Shown here: piece after piece, positions 1-13,169 of the stretch | Numbering within the stretch: position 1 is the stretch's first letter | Layout of the letters: each line of letters starts with the position of its first letter | Assembly (NCBI GenBank): GCA_030704615.1 | Contig: CM060732.1 | Span: forward strand, 4,898,001-4,962,000 | DNA: 64,000 nucleotides | Origin: Takakia lepidozioides | Lineage: Eukaryota > Plantae > Bryophyta | Direction: 5' to 3' | The notes under the pieces: generated by a model | Told to the model about the DNA's origin: nothing | The model's input: only the letters and a program-made list of their open reading frames with translations | Database searches by the model: none | Position numbers and translations under genes: made by a program

Positions 1-1431
1 ACTCTCATCTGGGAGTTGGGATTGGCAGGAGGTACTTCTATCTCATAGCCTTCAGGTCATATCTCTATAGTCGCGTGGCACTGCATGGCAGCACATTTGC
101 AGGGGAGGCAGCATTTGCAGCTTGGATGCAGGCCCGACCAGAGCTTGGTCACCTTTGTGATAACCTCAAGCTTCAATGATCACTACGTGAGTTCCCCTCA
201 ATTGCTTATTCCTGTCTGAACCTTGTGACCAACTTTCAGGGTCTTCTTAGGATATTATATTCATGTCTGTGTATGAGGCTCATCAGTCCCTGGTAAGCCA
301 TATTTGGTAAGGAAGAGGATGGATAAGTTTGGAATTTCTTCTGATCTATGTTTGAGCTGAGTTAGGGCAGATAGAATCTTACTACAGGACACCAAGCCAA
401 AGACGGTTACTTCAAGCAGTCTCCTGGTTCTATTAGAGTTAGGGATCTATTCCAGTTGATTGAAGTACCTGAAGTTGTATAACAACCGCTTCTGATGCCT
501 GATGCCCACATGTATGCATAAGCTCTCATATAAGAGGTAGCTGCCTTTACTGTTTCTCGAAGGCTTAAGAACGGAAGCCAACAAACCTCTACTTGCAACA
601 GACATTCATTGTAGAGCTCTACAAATAGAGTTGCCTGCCTGAGTGAGTCAGAGATGGTTAGAAATGGAACCAAATGACCTAGAATCTCAAAATCTGTTGG
701 GAGGTTCTGCTGACTTTATATAGAATTTGCAATTTGATGGGGTGGGTGCCTGATTGGACCATCCACACATATTTGTTTTGACCTCGCCATTTTTTTATCA
801 TTGTGGGAGGGAGTTTAATGGACAGGCCTGATTGTTGTGGATGCAGGGTGTTGGGTGTGGTTGTGCACGAACAGTTTCTGATGTTCGCTAGAGGGCTGTG
901 TGTTTAGCTACCAAATTACAGCATTTGTGTAAGGCTAAGGTACAGAGACAAGGCAATTCTGTATATAACATCTGTAGGGATGAGGCTTAAATCAGCCTTT
1001 TTCATCATAACTTGCCCAGATATTTTGATGAGAAGGGGAGGCTTTGGTAGAAGTATCTAAGTTTACAGGCTTTTAGTATTGTTCATGTGCACTCAGTTCA
1101 ATATGAGACGCGTGGGGGCAGCGTCACAAACAGGGCCTGCTCTTGAGGCCCTTGCAAGGGCTCCTTGTGGTTAAACCCTTTATTGCCTATATAGGTTTGA
1201 TGGAAGCCCATACTTTATGAGCCCATAGTTCTAGTACAGTAGGTGCCAGTTTGTTAACTTCTCTACCTACCGGCATCGAGTTTTCTCTTGCAGATGTCTC
1301 ACAGTCGTCTCCTGTACTATTCAAGGTCAAGTGTAGAAGGATGTTTGGAGATGGAAATTCGATGGAACATTGTCTGATAGGCTTTAAGGACTCTGGTTTT
1401 CTCTTTTGCTTTTTGCTTTTTTTTAAATAAA

Positions 1432-1472
1432 GGGAAATACCTGGGAGTGACAGATCACAAATCAGGCCCCTT
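1432..1472 (-). mobile_element. 3' fragment of the tRNA-derived SINE family
   Basis: GGAAATACCTGGGAGTGACAGATCACAAATCAGGCCCC matches the 3' end of the SINE copies at 19488 and 36785; the T-rich run just upstream would be the A-rich tail on the minus strand. Confidence 0.55.
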
Positions 1473-2231
1473 AATTTTGCTTTACATGTTAAGATGAAAA
1501 TAATAATTGTCTGACATTTTTGTTCCACTTTAGGGCTGTGCTTGGTCACTGCAGGGACCACTTTGCAAGGATTTTTTTTTTTTTTTTTTCTTCATTCTGT
1601 TTACCCATTCACAGGAGATGTAGGCCCTCTTTGGCATACCAGAACCCAAGAGAATAAGTATTTCATTTTTGGTTTCAATGCGGAACATCAGAGATATACA
1701 ATACAAAAACTTTTATGGTATGGCAATCTGGTGATACTTCAAAGGTAATTAAATGTTACTAAAGGTAATGGCCACACTTGGAGGTAAGAGCAGTGTGGTG
1801 GTAGGGTGTTTGAAAAACAGTGGCAGTCCACACGTCCACACCAATAAGATGCCAGGCAGTGGAGTTAACTTGGTGTTAAGTTACTTGGTGCACACGTTGC
1901 TGACGTGAATTTGTATTAAATCGGAGATTTCAAGAGATAACATTGCTGTTGTGTAAAATGTCAAAAAAAGAAGGATTAAGTCGATGTTAACCCTTAAGTA
2001 TCAAACCAACCAGGTTTCTTGAACCATCCAGTTCTTACTGGGATTAAACCCGATTCGAGCCAATTTGGGCTCATCACGTAGGAAAAGTTTTTACACACAA
2101 TGGCATTGGCCAATCTTCAAAAAAACAAATTATACATGGAGTGGGATCCCGCAATCTGGGGCTAACTCAGCTTTATCTTGCCAGAGTCGCTTGCATGGCA
2201 ACTGCGGTCAGGTTAGGGAAAGGGTCTCGAC

Positions 2232-2564
2232 CAATGTTGGGCGGATATTAATTTTTTGAATATCCGCCGGTTTCGAGTATTAAGAACTTTTGGTTTTAGA
2301 TATTTGCCGGTTCCGGGTATTACCAACATGAAAAACAGCGGATCCTGGTATGCATCCGGTTATTAAGTTTAGGGTTGAGATCCACCAAGTAGTGACGGGT
2401 ATGGCCGGATATCCGTCGGGTATTACACCGGGTATAGAACTCATTCCGTATTTCATGTCCGCCGGTCATGGATCTAACCCGGATCCTAAAAAAGGCTAGT
2501 TCTGGATCAGGATACATTGATATCCGGGTTGATATCCTGCTGACTCTATATCCGCCCAATAAGG
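2232..2564. mobile_element. MITE-like element, CCGG-rich, related to the 43.3-44.8 kb hAT-type MITEs
   Basis: Inverted ends CAATGTTGGGCGGATAT ... ATATCCGCCCAATAAGG; interior rich in CCGG/ATACC motifs; no TSD recognisable. Confidence 0.5.
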
Positions 2565-2976
2565 AGGGGTTATTGAGGGGACTTCCGGCAATGGGGACTC
2601 CTCTTGGATTTGGTCACTTGGACTTGGCAAAGGTACATCCCTCGCACCTTGCCCATTTGGCGTTTTGTCCTTTGCTTTGCATACAAGTTTTTGGTGTGGC
2701 TTTAGTTTTTTATTTTTTGTTTTGGGGGTGTCTTTCATCTTCAGGAGACAAAAGCATTGCTTGCCTCGTTGGTACAGTCCGCTGGGCTTGCCCCTGAGGG
2801 AGGAACAGTGGTGTTCAATGCAACGAACACCAAAAGTAAGAAGAAGAGACCTCGAACTCCCGAGGTCCCCTTCACCATCAATGAGGGGGCTGCAACCGAG
2901 AGAGAGAGAAGGGAGAGGGAAAAGAACAGCGAGGCAGTGTCGGGGAAGGGGAAAGAGATAGCCAAAGAGAGGGTGC

Positions 2977-3017
2977 AGAAGAAGAAGAAGAAGAAGAAGA
3001 AGAAGAAGAAAAAGAAG
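2977..3017 (+). repeat. (GAA)n microsatellite
   Basis: Run of about 13 GAA units; it produces the poly-K/poly-F ORFs. Confidence 0.9.
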
Positions 3018-3423
3018 TCACGTAGAGATGAAGGGCCTGTGCATGTGGGGGAGGGGGGGAATGCCTCCGCGTCAGCGTATGAGCGCAAGCCGGCTCACGC
3101 CACGTTAGCAGTTCCCGCCACGTTGGTTCTCGCCAGCGTAGTTCACGCCACGTCATTCTCATAGGCACGGACCTATAATCAGCGTGAAGGGGCCCTATAG
3201 CCGCGGACTTGAGCATTCGGCACATAGGGAACCATATTTGGGCGATGAGAAGAAGTGCAGAACAAAATGTTCGAATGAATGTTATTGAATGATTGTGTTT
3301 GAGACCGAATATAGAAGAATGGTTGTGGATAAATTAATGAGGATGACGGAGAATCAATGTGGACAACACGCTCAGAATATGGCAAGGCTCTCCCCGATCG
3401 CTTTGGCGAAATATGCAAAATAT

Positions 3424-3630
3424 AGCAGCTGAGGGGACGCAGGCCTGTCCTGGTCAAATTCCTGTGCTGCACGATTGCTTTCCACCTGCATCAGTGTCCA
3501 TCGTGGGAGACACACCAATGTTTCCAATTCGTCGCAGCTGAGGGGACGCAGGCCTGTCTTGGTCAGATTCCTGCCATATGCCACGATCGCTTTCACCTGC
3601 ATCACTATCCATCGTGGGATCCAACACACT
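3424..3630. repeat. ~110-bp tandem duplication
   Basis: GCAGCTGAGGGGACGCAGGCCTGTC...CCATCGTGGGA occurs at ~3424 and ~3535. Confidence 0.8.
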
Positions 3631-4392
3631 AGTTTCTATTTGCCGCAATGGCTAAGGTCGTTGCCAACTTCCCCTTAACCAGCCAGTGCATAATCGGCGA
3701 CGTGAAGGAAAAACCCAATCAGACCACCATTTAGAGGCACCGCTTTCCTGTCAGGTCTTTTGCATGTTCAAAAAATGTTTTTTATTAGAAATGGTGTCTA
3801 TTCCCGCGGCCATATTCCCTCGGGCATAGTCCCATCATACCTCTCCAACTTCTTGTAATTGGCACCGACTGCATGTCCAGCAGAATATGTTCTATTGTGA
3901 TCGGCACCGACTATGTAGGTTCGGTAGTTAACCCAATCCTAACATCTACGCCACATGATGATGCTGCACCGAGCAGTTTTTGACATGAAAAGCAGTCAAA
4001 TATTAGGTTGTGAAGGTCAAAATTCGAGGAATATTCCCTATAATATGCTCTGCTCATGCTAATATGTGTTCATGCTCATGCTTAATCCCGCTCACCACTC
4101 ATGCCGGGTATCACTTTCTGACTCATGGCAGGTATGGTACAATCAGAATGAGCACGAAGGAATGTAAAATTATTTCTCACAGGAATATGGGGACCCACTT
4201 TTGCCTGAGGACAGGAATTGCTCATTGGGACGAATAATCTTTGGGAGCTTCCAATTGCATGATTTGCTGCCAATTCAGCAATCTCCCATTGTTGTTCTTG
4301 ACATGTTGGGCAGGGGCTTTCAACTGAGACAAAGTGGCTCGGTTGATATGGCGAGCCATATGCATGGTCGTCAGGGGAACAATCACCTCCTG

Positions 4393-4761
4393 TCAGTCCC
4401 CCATTCTGAAACGCATAGTATTGTCTCCCAAGTCAATGGAAGCAACAGCTCCTCTCATCCAGTCAAGACCCAGTAAAAATTGATCTCCCATGGTTACTAT
4501 GCAAGTGATCAAGACTTCTTTACCATGGATGCCAACAGGAATAGAGACCAGGCCCAGAGGTTCATAAGTGCTGCCATCAGCTATCATCACTTCCATACCA
4601 ACTGCAGAGCCAGCTAGCTTTAGACCCAAAATCCAAACTACTTCCAAAGGAACAGCAGATGCAGTGCAGCCCGTATCAATGACACAAGGGAAGTTCAGTT
4701 GACCAACATGGCACGGAGTCATCAAGGGAGCGATGGGATCAGACAGTAACTTCTTGCTCAA
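4393..4761 (-). pseudogene. Retroelement (Ty3/Gypsy-like) aspartic protease fragment
   Basis: CVIDTGCTASAV active-site motif, IADGS flap and C-terminal LLGLDW motif typical of retropepsins; no adjoining RT. Confidence 0.75.
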
Positions 4762-5049
4762 CTCTTAATGCAACACTTTGAAGTTGGCACAAAGCATGAC
4801 CTTCGTATTTTGACTTACCTTCTCGGGTTTCTTACATATTTTGTCTTGAAGATTTCCCACACCCGATCTGTTGGGAGATCTTACTCGTTTAAAGGTTGTT
4901 TACCCTTTTTAAAGGCTGCCATAGCTGACAAATCAGGTTCGAAGGGACAAAACCTAGTGGCATGGTTTGGATCTTTGCAAATGTAACAGGGAGCATGCTT
5001 GCCTTGGTAGGAAGCTCCTGTCGGTGTTTTGCCCCGATTGTTGGCTCCA

Positions 5050-6200
5050 CTAAGAGGGGGAAAATGGAAATATGTAAATTATAGGAAAATAAAAACATAT
5101 ACATTATTATTTACAATTACCCTTAGGACTTCTTAGGATAGTCCTAACTAAGAGGAGAAAAATGGAAAGACATAAATAATTGCCCTTAAGACCCGTTTAG
5201 GCAACCTAAGGAATTATAAGAGGGGGAAAATGGAACATATAATTATTATCTATAATTTCCCTTAGGACTCCTTAGGACTCCTTAGGACTGCTCTAAGGAG
5301 TCATAAGAAGGGAGAATGAAAATATATAAATTATTATTATAATAGGGCGGCCCTAAGGAGTCCTAAGAGAGGGAAAAATGAAAATATATAAATTATTATT
5401 TATAATTATCCTTAGGGCTTCTTAGGACAATCCTAAGGAGTCCTAAGAGGAGAAAAATATAAAGACATAAATAATTGCCCTTAAGACCCGCAGCCTAAAG
5501 GGTTATACGAGGGGGAAAATAGAAACGTATAAATTATTATTTTTATTTACCCTTAGGACTCCTCAGGACAGCCCTAAGGAGTCCTAAGAGAGGGGAAAAC
5601 AAAAACGTAGAAATTATAATTTATAATTACCCTTAGGGCTTCAAAGGATAGTCCTAAGGAGTTATAAGAGGAAAAAAATGGAAAGACATAAATATTTGCC
5701 TTTAAGACCAGTTTAGGCAGCCTAAGGGGTTATAAGAGAGGGAGAATGGAAACATATAAATTATTATCTATAATTGCCCTTAGTAAGAAGGAAAAAACTG
5801 AAAGATGTAAATTATTATTTATAATTGCTCTTAGGACTCCTTGGGGCAGCCCTAAGGAATCCTAAGAGGGGAAAAATGGAAATATATAAATTATAGGAAA
5901 ATAAAAACATATATATTATTATTTATAATTATCCTTAGGACTTCTTAGGATAGTCCTAAGGAGTCCTAAGACGAGAAAAATGGAAAGACATAAATAATTG
6001 TCATTAAGACCCGTTTAGGCAACCTAAGGAGTTATAAGAGGGGGAGAATGGAACATATAATTATTATTTATAATTGCCCTTAGGACTCCTTAGGACTGCC
6101 CTAAGGAGTCCTAAGAAGGGAAAATGGAAATAATAAATTGTTATTTTTTATTGCTCTTAAGACTCCTTAGGGCGGCCTTAAGAAATCCTAAGGGGGGAAA
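5050..6200. repeat. AT-rich ~60-bp satellite with palindromic CCTTAGG/CCTAAGG cores
   Basis: About 18 units of CTTAGGACTCCTTAGG...CCTAAGGAGTCCTAAGAG separated by A/T-rich linkers; higher-order repetition is visible. Confidence 0.85.
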
Positions 6201-6494
6201 AAAAAAAAAAAAAAAAAAACTATAATAAATGTATAAACTTTGATCATTACATTTAAGAATCACGTGTACTATTTATTGGTATGTACCAACAAAATTTGTA
6301 GGTGACACCATTTATTACAATTAAAACAAGATTTTGTCATCGATAGACATTCATACAGCTATTTGTAAAGCACCGACATCCATTTTTAAATAAACCTTCA
6401 TGAGTTATTATCTATTCAAAAAGTGTGTGAGATAAGGTTAATAAATAGCAACTTTTCATTCTGTTTTCATCCAATTATTTTATTTTTCATTCAT

Positions 6495-6880
6495 GACTGG
6501 GTGGAGCACTTGGATGCGACAGAGTTATGTTATAATAACACAAAACACTCCGCAACGGGAGTTTCCCCTTTCGTATTGGTCTATGGAAAATCACCTCTAG
6601 TGCCGACAAGTTCGGCCGCCCAGGACATTGAGGAACCGGCAGCAGCAGCGGTGCTGGAAGAACGCGAGCGTTTGTTGGAGCTCGCAAAGTACAACATTGT
6701 CAAAGCTAGGAAACGGTATGAACGGCAGACGAATCGGAAATGGAGAGAAGTTAAGTTTGAGGCAGGCACGGAGGTCTAGTTGAACATCAAGAATTTTTTA
6801 CTACCTCCGGAAGTGAGTCCAAAGTTTGTACCTCCGTATGCGGGGCCATTTTGCATCCGGAAGGTTATGAATGAGGATGT
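6495..6880 (+). pseudogene. Gypsy integrase C-terminal fragment (GPY/F region)
   Basis: YNNTKHSATGVSPFVLVYG followed, after a stop, by PKFVPPYAGPFCI. Confidence 0.8.
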
Positions 6881-6999
6881 GGTGTCTTTTTTTTTCTTTG
6901 AAAACTCTATAAGTATGCAGAACGAGGATCATTTCCTTCACTTTCTTCTGCAAGCAAGTTTTTTGTATAGAATAAAATTGTCTCTCAGTTCTACTCTTT

Positions 7000-7500
7000 T
7001 GCCATCGTTTGTGTTTCTTCTTTGCTTCTGTTGTTTGTTTATGTTTCTTTTGTTCTTTCGGTTCTGTGGCAAAATAGAACTGTCTCTTAGTTCTTCTCAA
7101 AAGCCTTCATTTGTTTTTTTCTTTCACTTTCTGTTTTTTGTTTATGTTTCTTTCTGATCTCTGTTCTTTGTATTTCTGTGTGAGTTGTTCAGCGGAATAG
7201 AACTTTCTATTTGTTCTTTTTCTTTCGTTTTGTTTTCTTTCCTCTTTGTTTGTGTTTCTTCTTTGCTTTTGTTGTTTGTTTATGTTGCTTTGTTTTTTCG
7301 GTTCTGTGGCAAAATAGAACTGTCTCCTAGTTCTTCTGAGTAGCCTTCATTTGTTTTTTTTTTTCACTTTCTATCTTTGTTTATGTTTCTTTTTTATCTT
7401 TGTTCTTTGTATTTCTGTGTGAGTTGCTCAGTGGAATAGAACTTTCCCTTCTTTCTGTCTCTTCGTTTTTTCTCTTTCGTTTTGTTTTGTTTTATTTTCT
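7000..7500. repeat. T-rich ~240-bp tandem duplication
   Basis: CGGTTCTGTGGCAAAATAGAACTGTCTC at ~7059 and ~7299; TCTGTGTGAGTTG at ~7174 and ~7413. Confidence 0.75.
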
Positions 7501-8659
7501 TCTAACATATCATACACACTATCAGATAACTACCAAAAACATTATCTTATATTTCCAAAAAATCATCAAAATTCATTACAGTGTGATTATGCCACTTGAA
7601 TGTTACATCATAATTTATAGTATATATGATATTCAAGCATGATATCAATATAGTATATACAACTTAGAGATTATAAATATTTAATTCTAATCAGAATTAT
7701 ATATATATAGTATAAATAAGTATATGAAAAATGAATATTTATATTATATTAAATAAATAAATTTAATAATAAATAAGTGTATTTTAAAATCTAGCTATAA
7801 CCTAACGACGTCACTACATAAATCAACTATCATTCTATCCATCAACCAGTCAATTATCATTCCATCCATTATCAGTTACAATCATGTGTTATTTTTACTT
7901 ACTACATAATTATTTATTCATATCACTTTATATCTTATCATTATATTTTCATATTTAAAATTTAAAATCTTAAATATTTATATTATTTATATTGAACATA
8001 CTAAGATATTTATTTATTTTTAAAACTAAAATTATTTATTTAATTAATATAATGATGTATATTTATATATATCAATTTATGTCATGCTTTCAATGTCAGA
8101 TTCATCATTCCAATTTAAATCTAATCAATCAAAATATCTATCATATTACATTTCAAAAACTCCAAATATTTCAAATATATTATTTATATTAACGAATTTA
8201 TTTAATGAATAATAATTTTAAATTAAAATATTTATAATATTATAATGTGTATTAAATACTTTAAATATAAATCAATATATAATGTATAATGTATAATACT
8301 ATATTGTATCATGTTTCCAACCTCAGATTTCAGCATTTCAATAAATTCAAAATCCATTCAATCAAATTGTTTATCATGTTACATTTCAAAATCTCCAATT
8401 TGTTTTTTAACCTTTATGGTTAATCTTTAAGGCCTTTGGGCCATAATTTTGTATGCTATAATGGATAGCTATAAGGTTCGAATCCCTATACAAAAATAAT
8501 TTTTTTTGTGAAAACCAGGGCTGAAACTAGTCCAATATGATATAGGAGTTCATATTCGTATATTGTATAATGTGTATATATCTATATGTATACATCAAAT
8601 ATGACATGTATAATATTGATCGTAATCTGATATACCAATTCAATCCAATAACGCAATAA

Positions 8660-9264
8660 GAAATCTTTAGAGTGATTCTAAGAAACTCTTAGTGTGAATG
8701 TGTTGTTTTTTTAATCACTCTAAAAAATCCTTAGAGCGATTGCAAATAGCAATATAGTTATTTTTGTTTTCTTGCTCTAAGTAATGCTTAGATCAAATGT
8801 GAATAGCCATTTAGAATTTTTTTGTTTTCCCGTTCTAATAAATCCTTAGAGCGGCTCTGAAGGATCCTTAGAGCAAATACAAATAGCAATTTAGTTTTTT
8901 ATGTTTCCCCGCGGTAGAAAATCCTAGAACGGCTTAGAGCGGCTCTAAGGGATCCTTATAGTGAATGTAAATAGCAATTTATCTTTTTTTATTTTCTTAC
9001 TCTAACTAATACTTAGATCGAATGTAAATAGCAAATTAGTTTTTTTCTGTTTTTCCACTCTAAAAAACCCCTAGAGCGGCTCTAAAGGATTCTTAGAACG
9101 AACATAAATAGCAATTTAGCTTTTTCTGTTTTCCCGCTGTATGAAATCCTTAGAGTGGCTTAGAGCGGCTCTAAGGGATCCTTAGAACGAATGTAAATTA
9201 GTAATTTAGCTTGTTCTATTTTCCCAATCTAACAAATCCTTACATTGGCTCTAAGGATATTAAG
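8660..9264. repeat. CTCTAAG/CTTAGAG palindromic-core satellite (insertion target of the outer element)
   Basis: Repeated GCGGCTCTAAGGGATCCTTAGAG units with T-rich linkers; the family continues in reverse orientation at 45360-45517. Confidence 0.8.
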
Positions 9265-9400
9265 CCCGGTTATAGCGTCAGGTCCGTCCGTCAGACCTGA
9301 CGCTCACAGGACCTCCGTCACGTCAGGTTCGGGGAATATTTTGGTAAAAATAGTACCAGGTAAAATATTGTCACTTAAGCAGCCACGTCGCCGACACGGT
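9265..9400 (+). mobile_element. Left terminus of the outer giant hAT-type element
   Basis: Starts CCCGGTTATAG followed by a CGTCA/TGACG-rich block homologous to the inner element's left end at 14675; preceded by ATATTAAG. Confidence 0.7.
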
Positions 9401-9436
9401 GGCGGTGGCAAATACATTTTGAAAATTAACAAAATG

Positions 9437-10315
9437 AACGCGACCGCCAATTATGGCGGTCGCTTCAAAAAAATTTAAAAAAAAAACAAGATTGGCGGTG
9501 GCATTGGCAGTCGCCTAATTTTTTTTTTAAAACAAGCGACTGCCATATTGGCGGTCGCACAATTTTGTAAATATGTACAGAACAAGCGACCGCCATGTGG
9601 CGGTCGGATAATTTCAAAATATATATATATATATATAAACAAGTGACCGCCATATGGCGGTCGGATAATTTCAAAAATATATTAAAAAAGCAGCGACCGC
9701 CATTGGGCGGTCGCTTAATTTAAAAAATATATAGAAAAACAAACGACCGCCATATGGCGGTCGGTATAAAATTATATAAATAAAACAAGCGACATATGAA
9801 AATAAAAGCGACTGCCACCCGGTGGTCGCTTGTTTTAAAACAGTACAATATTTGTGACACCCAAACCGCGGTCGCATCAATTTTAAAATATATATTAAGT
9901 TTAAGCGACCGCCAGCCTAAAGGTCGCTTAAACTTGAAAATATAAAGATCAAAAGCGACCGCCTTAATGGCGGTCGTATTTTTTTTTTTTAATTAAAAAT
10001 AAAAGCGACCACCATATTGGCGGTCGCTTTATTTTAAATATATTAACAAATGAAACGACCGCCATACCGGCAGTCGCAATATATTTTGAAATAAAAGCCA
10101 ATAGCGACCGCCATACCGGCAGTCGCATTATATTTTGAAATAAAAAACAATAGCAACCGCCATACGGGCGGTCGCTTAAATTTAAAAATATACAAATAGA
10201 AGTGACCGCAATATTGCACAAAATGAAAGGAAATAAAAGCGACCGTAGTAGTGGCAGTTGCTTGTTTTTTATAAAAAAATAGAAATAGCGACCATAGTAT
10301 TAGCGGTTGCTTAAA
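9437..10315. repeat. Subterminal palindrome array GCGACCGCC-N4-7-GGCGGTCGC
   Basis: About 20 hairpin units separated by AT-rich spacers. Confidence 0.9.
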
Positions 10316-10401
10316 TTCAAAATTATAACAAATATGGGTGAAGGGTTTAGAGTTACGTCTTATTAGTAAACCTTGTTTAGCGTTGCTCCGATTGTTGCAG
10401 A

Positions 10402-12732
10402 ATGGTAGAGGGCCAGGACGATGACCGTTATGGAAGAGATGACCCCAATGAACATGGACCGCTCCCTAAGAAAATCAAATGGTCAAGGCAAGACTTGAAT
10501 TGGGAAGTATATGGTGACCCTAGCATACTAGCAGAAGAGGGCTGGGAGGATGTTCCGGAAGAGTTCAGGTGACCGATGGCGAGATGCAAAAAATTCGTGA
10601 AATGGTACCACATCAATCGATTGTGGCCTTTGGATAAACATGACATGCAAACCCGAAACAATTACGCAGAGTCCAGGTCTTGCACGAACTTGCATTTCCA
10701 GCATATGGCGAATGAAGTGCATTGCACATTGTGGGGTCAACCTTTCTTAAAGGGCCAAATCCCGTACACCTTGGCAGCCATGTTGTACGTGGAGGCCATA
10801 CTCTTGCATCCAGTGAATTGGCAAACTGCTAGTAGGAGGAACGCAAGGTTGTTATGCGATTTGGAGTACATCTCGGACACATTCGGAATACAACTGGCTG
10901 CAACGTTAGAGGAACAATTGGCGGAAAGATACCAGCGAATCAAGACCCTGCAGGACCGACTAAACTGGCAAACACTGCGCATAGCCGAGTTGGAAGTTAG
11001 ATTGCAAGACATGCCTCCAAAGAATGAAGGCATTGTTGTCCACAATGAGGATTGAACAAATGTCATGAACTTAGACGCGGAATTTGCGATGCCCGATCGC
11101 AGTATTGACCTCATCATTCACGAAATTACGGACGTCCTTCACCCTGTGGCCGATGAAACCATGGTTGAGGAACAGCGAATTGCGGATGAGAGAAGGAGGA
11201 AAGGAAAAGAACCAGTACTGAAAACCGGGGAATGCTTGAGGGTCGTCATTCAATCCGAGATGAACCCGATATTAGATGTCGATCGCGTTACAAAGGAGCG
11301 GGACATTGTCATGGCAACTGCATGGCGCTTGTCCAAAACGCTGGAGATTTGGGCATGGGTCCCATTGAATGGCGATTGGGAGAATTGGGTACAATGGGCG
11401 ACCCATTTGGCCTCCAGATAAGCACGGGTAAAGCGGGCACTGTCAGGCTTGCAACGTGTCGCACCCATGTCGAACCGTAGTGTTGAGAGCATTTATGCCA
11501 ACATGCAAAGGTATAACGATCTCCACATCACATCAACCGTGTTCGTCGGGTATACCAATTGGGTAGATGTGGATTCTATGTTCAATCGATGTGAGCACAG
11601 AATTTCGGGGTCGAACAGAAACATAAACTGGGAATTGGAGATAGAGGAAGAGTGGGACACCACAACATGGATGACCAGCCACATCAAACCGGCCCAGAGG
11701 TAGGAGATACCACGAGGCGTTTTGCCGTCATGGATATCAGATGGCACAATTTGTTGGATGTGTAGGAATCCATACGGCCCAGAGGGATGTCATGTGCTTG
11801 GATTATGTGGACATATGTTCCATCTCACATGTCTTATCCCGCAAGCCTTGCAGATGAGTGCTTGCCCAGAATGCCGTACACCAATCCATCGTCATTTCTA
11901 TGAGCTGGTGGGCTTGGAGGAACGGATGCCCATAGGTTTTGAATATAATCGATACAACCTCCCATTGGATGGGCTACCATTCACATTTTTGAATTGTGTG
12001 CATTGGGGCAAGAACTTGGTATAGGATGCAGACAGAGAGATGCATGGCATACATGCCGGAAACCCGGCATACATCAAAGATCCCCAGTATTTCTGGGTCA
12101 CATCTGACTGGGAGATAACCATACGTGCGGGAGGCATTCGAGATTGGTGGGAGATATAGCAGTTTTGCCGCAATCTGGGAGGGCATTGGAGTCAAAGAAG
12201 GTCCAGGTTTATCCAGGTTCCATGGGTGCCGGAGGAGAACGAATTGTATAACCGACAACCGATTGGAAGACATTTGTTGCTGTCTGAACTGGAAGATGCA
12301 ATAATATGTCAACGACGAATGAATGAGGCGTACGAGGCGGCTTATCGTCGAAACGACACAATGATTAGAGTCAGGGCCCGCGAGAGGCAGTTGGAAAGTT
12401 TCAAAAGTATCATCAAGGCAGTTGTAGAGAAATGGAGGCGACTATGGACAGACCGTTATCATCGTGTTTCGGGGGCTCTATTGCCGGATGTGGACGGCCT
12501 CGTTGCCGATTTGCATGCAGCCCAAGCACTTGTTCTCGATCCACCTCCGCCACGTCGTGAGAGTGAAGAAGAAAGTCAACTTTCGCCGCGAAGTAGGCGG
12601 ATGTAGGCTAGAATTGATCACATGCCATTGGGCCCCTCATTGACCACGAGATCACGGTCGCAAGCTCTGACAATTGGTAGTGCAAATCAGGCCACAGCAT
12701 CAAATTCCTTGTCCTTGGACAGTGACAACTAG
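10402..12732 (+). pseudogene. Cargo gene with a RING-H2-type finger, disrupted by in-frame stops
   Basis: Chain of co-frame ORFs from 10576 to 12606; CWMC-x14-CGHMFHLTC-x10-CPEC RING pattern; clearly paralogous to 20671-22560. Confidence 0.75.
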
Positions 12733-13169
12733 GCTTTTAATGACTGGCAACATAGTACATATACAATGTGCATTTTTGTTATACCTTGAATATTGTTGGA
12801 AAACACAGTGATGGCATTCCGCCAATTTTGTATATCACCAATTTTGTTAATACACAATGCACATGTGCGGCACCTGCCAATTTCAATTGCATGAGCAACG
12901 TTTTCTTCACATTTACACTCGTGTGATGGGGAAGAAGTAGTTCACCCTGTAAACAAATTTACAATGGTGTCATATTTGGTCATGACGTGTATGTAGATAT
13001 TTCCGAAAGCTGGAGAACAAGGAAAATTGATGTTAACCAATAAGTTATAACGAGCTACAAATGGTCATCTTCCAAACAAATTTCGTCTGGTCCCTGCATA
13101 TTTCATAATCATTTCGCAAAATCTATGATATTTCTACGAACATACCCACAAAGTTCTCAAAGCACAAAA

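Noticed and set aside
2757-3164. Lysine-rich protein ORF
   Set aside because: Explained by the GAA microsatellite and purine-rich sequence
5050-6200. Telomeric repeat
   Set aside because: TTAGG occurs in both orientations inside longer units, not as tandem TTTAGGG
8465-8490. tRNA/B-box GGTTCGAATCCC
   Set aside because: Isolated motif with no A box or cloverleaf
9437-10315. CRISPR call for the GCGACC arrays
   Set aside because: Spacers are low-complexity AT tracts of variable length; position next to element ends fits subterminal repeats
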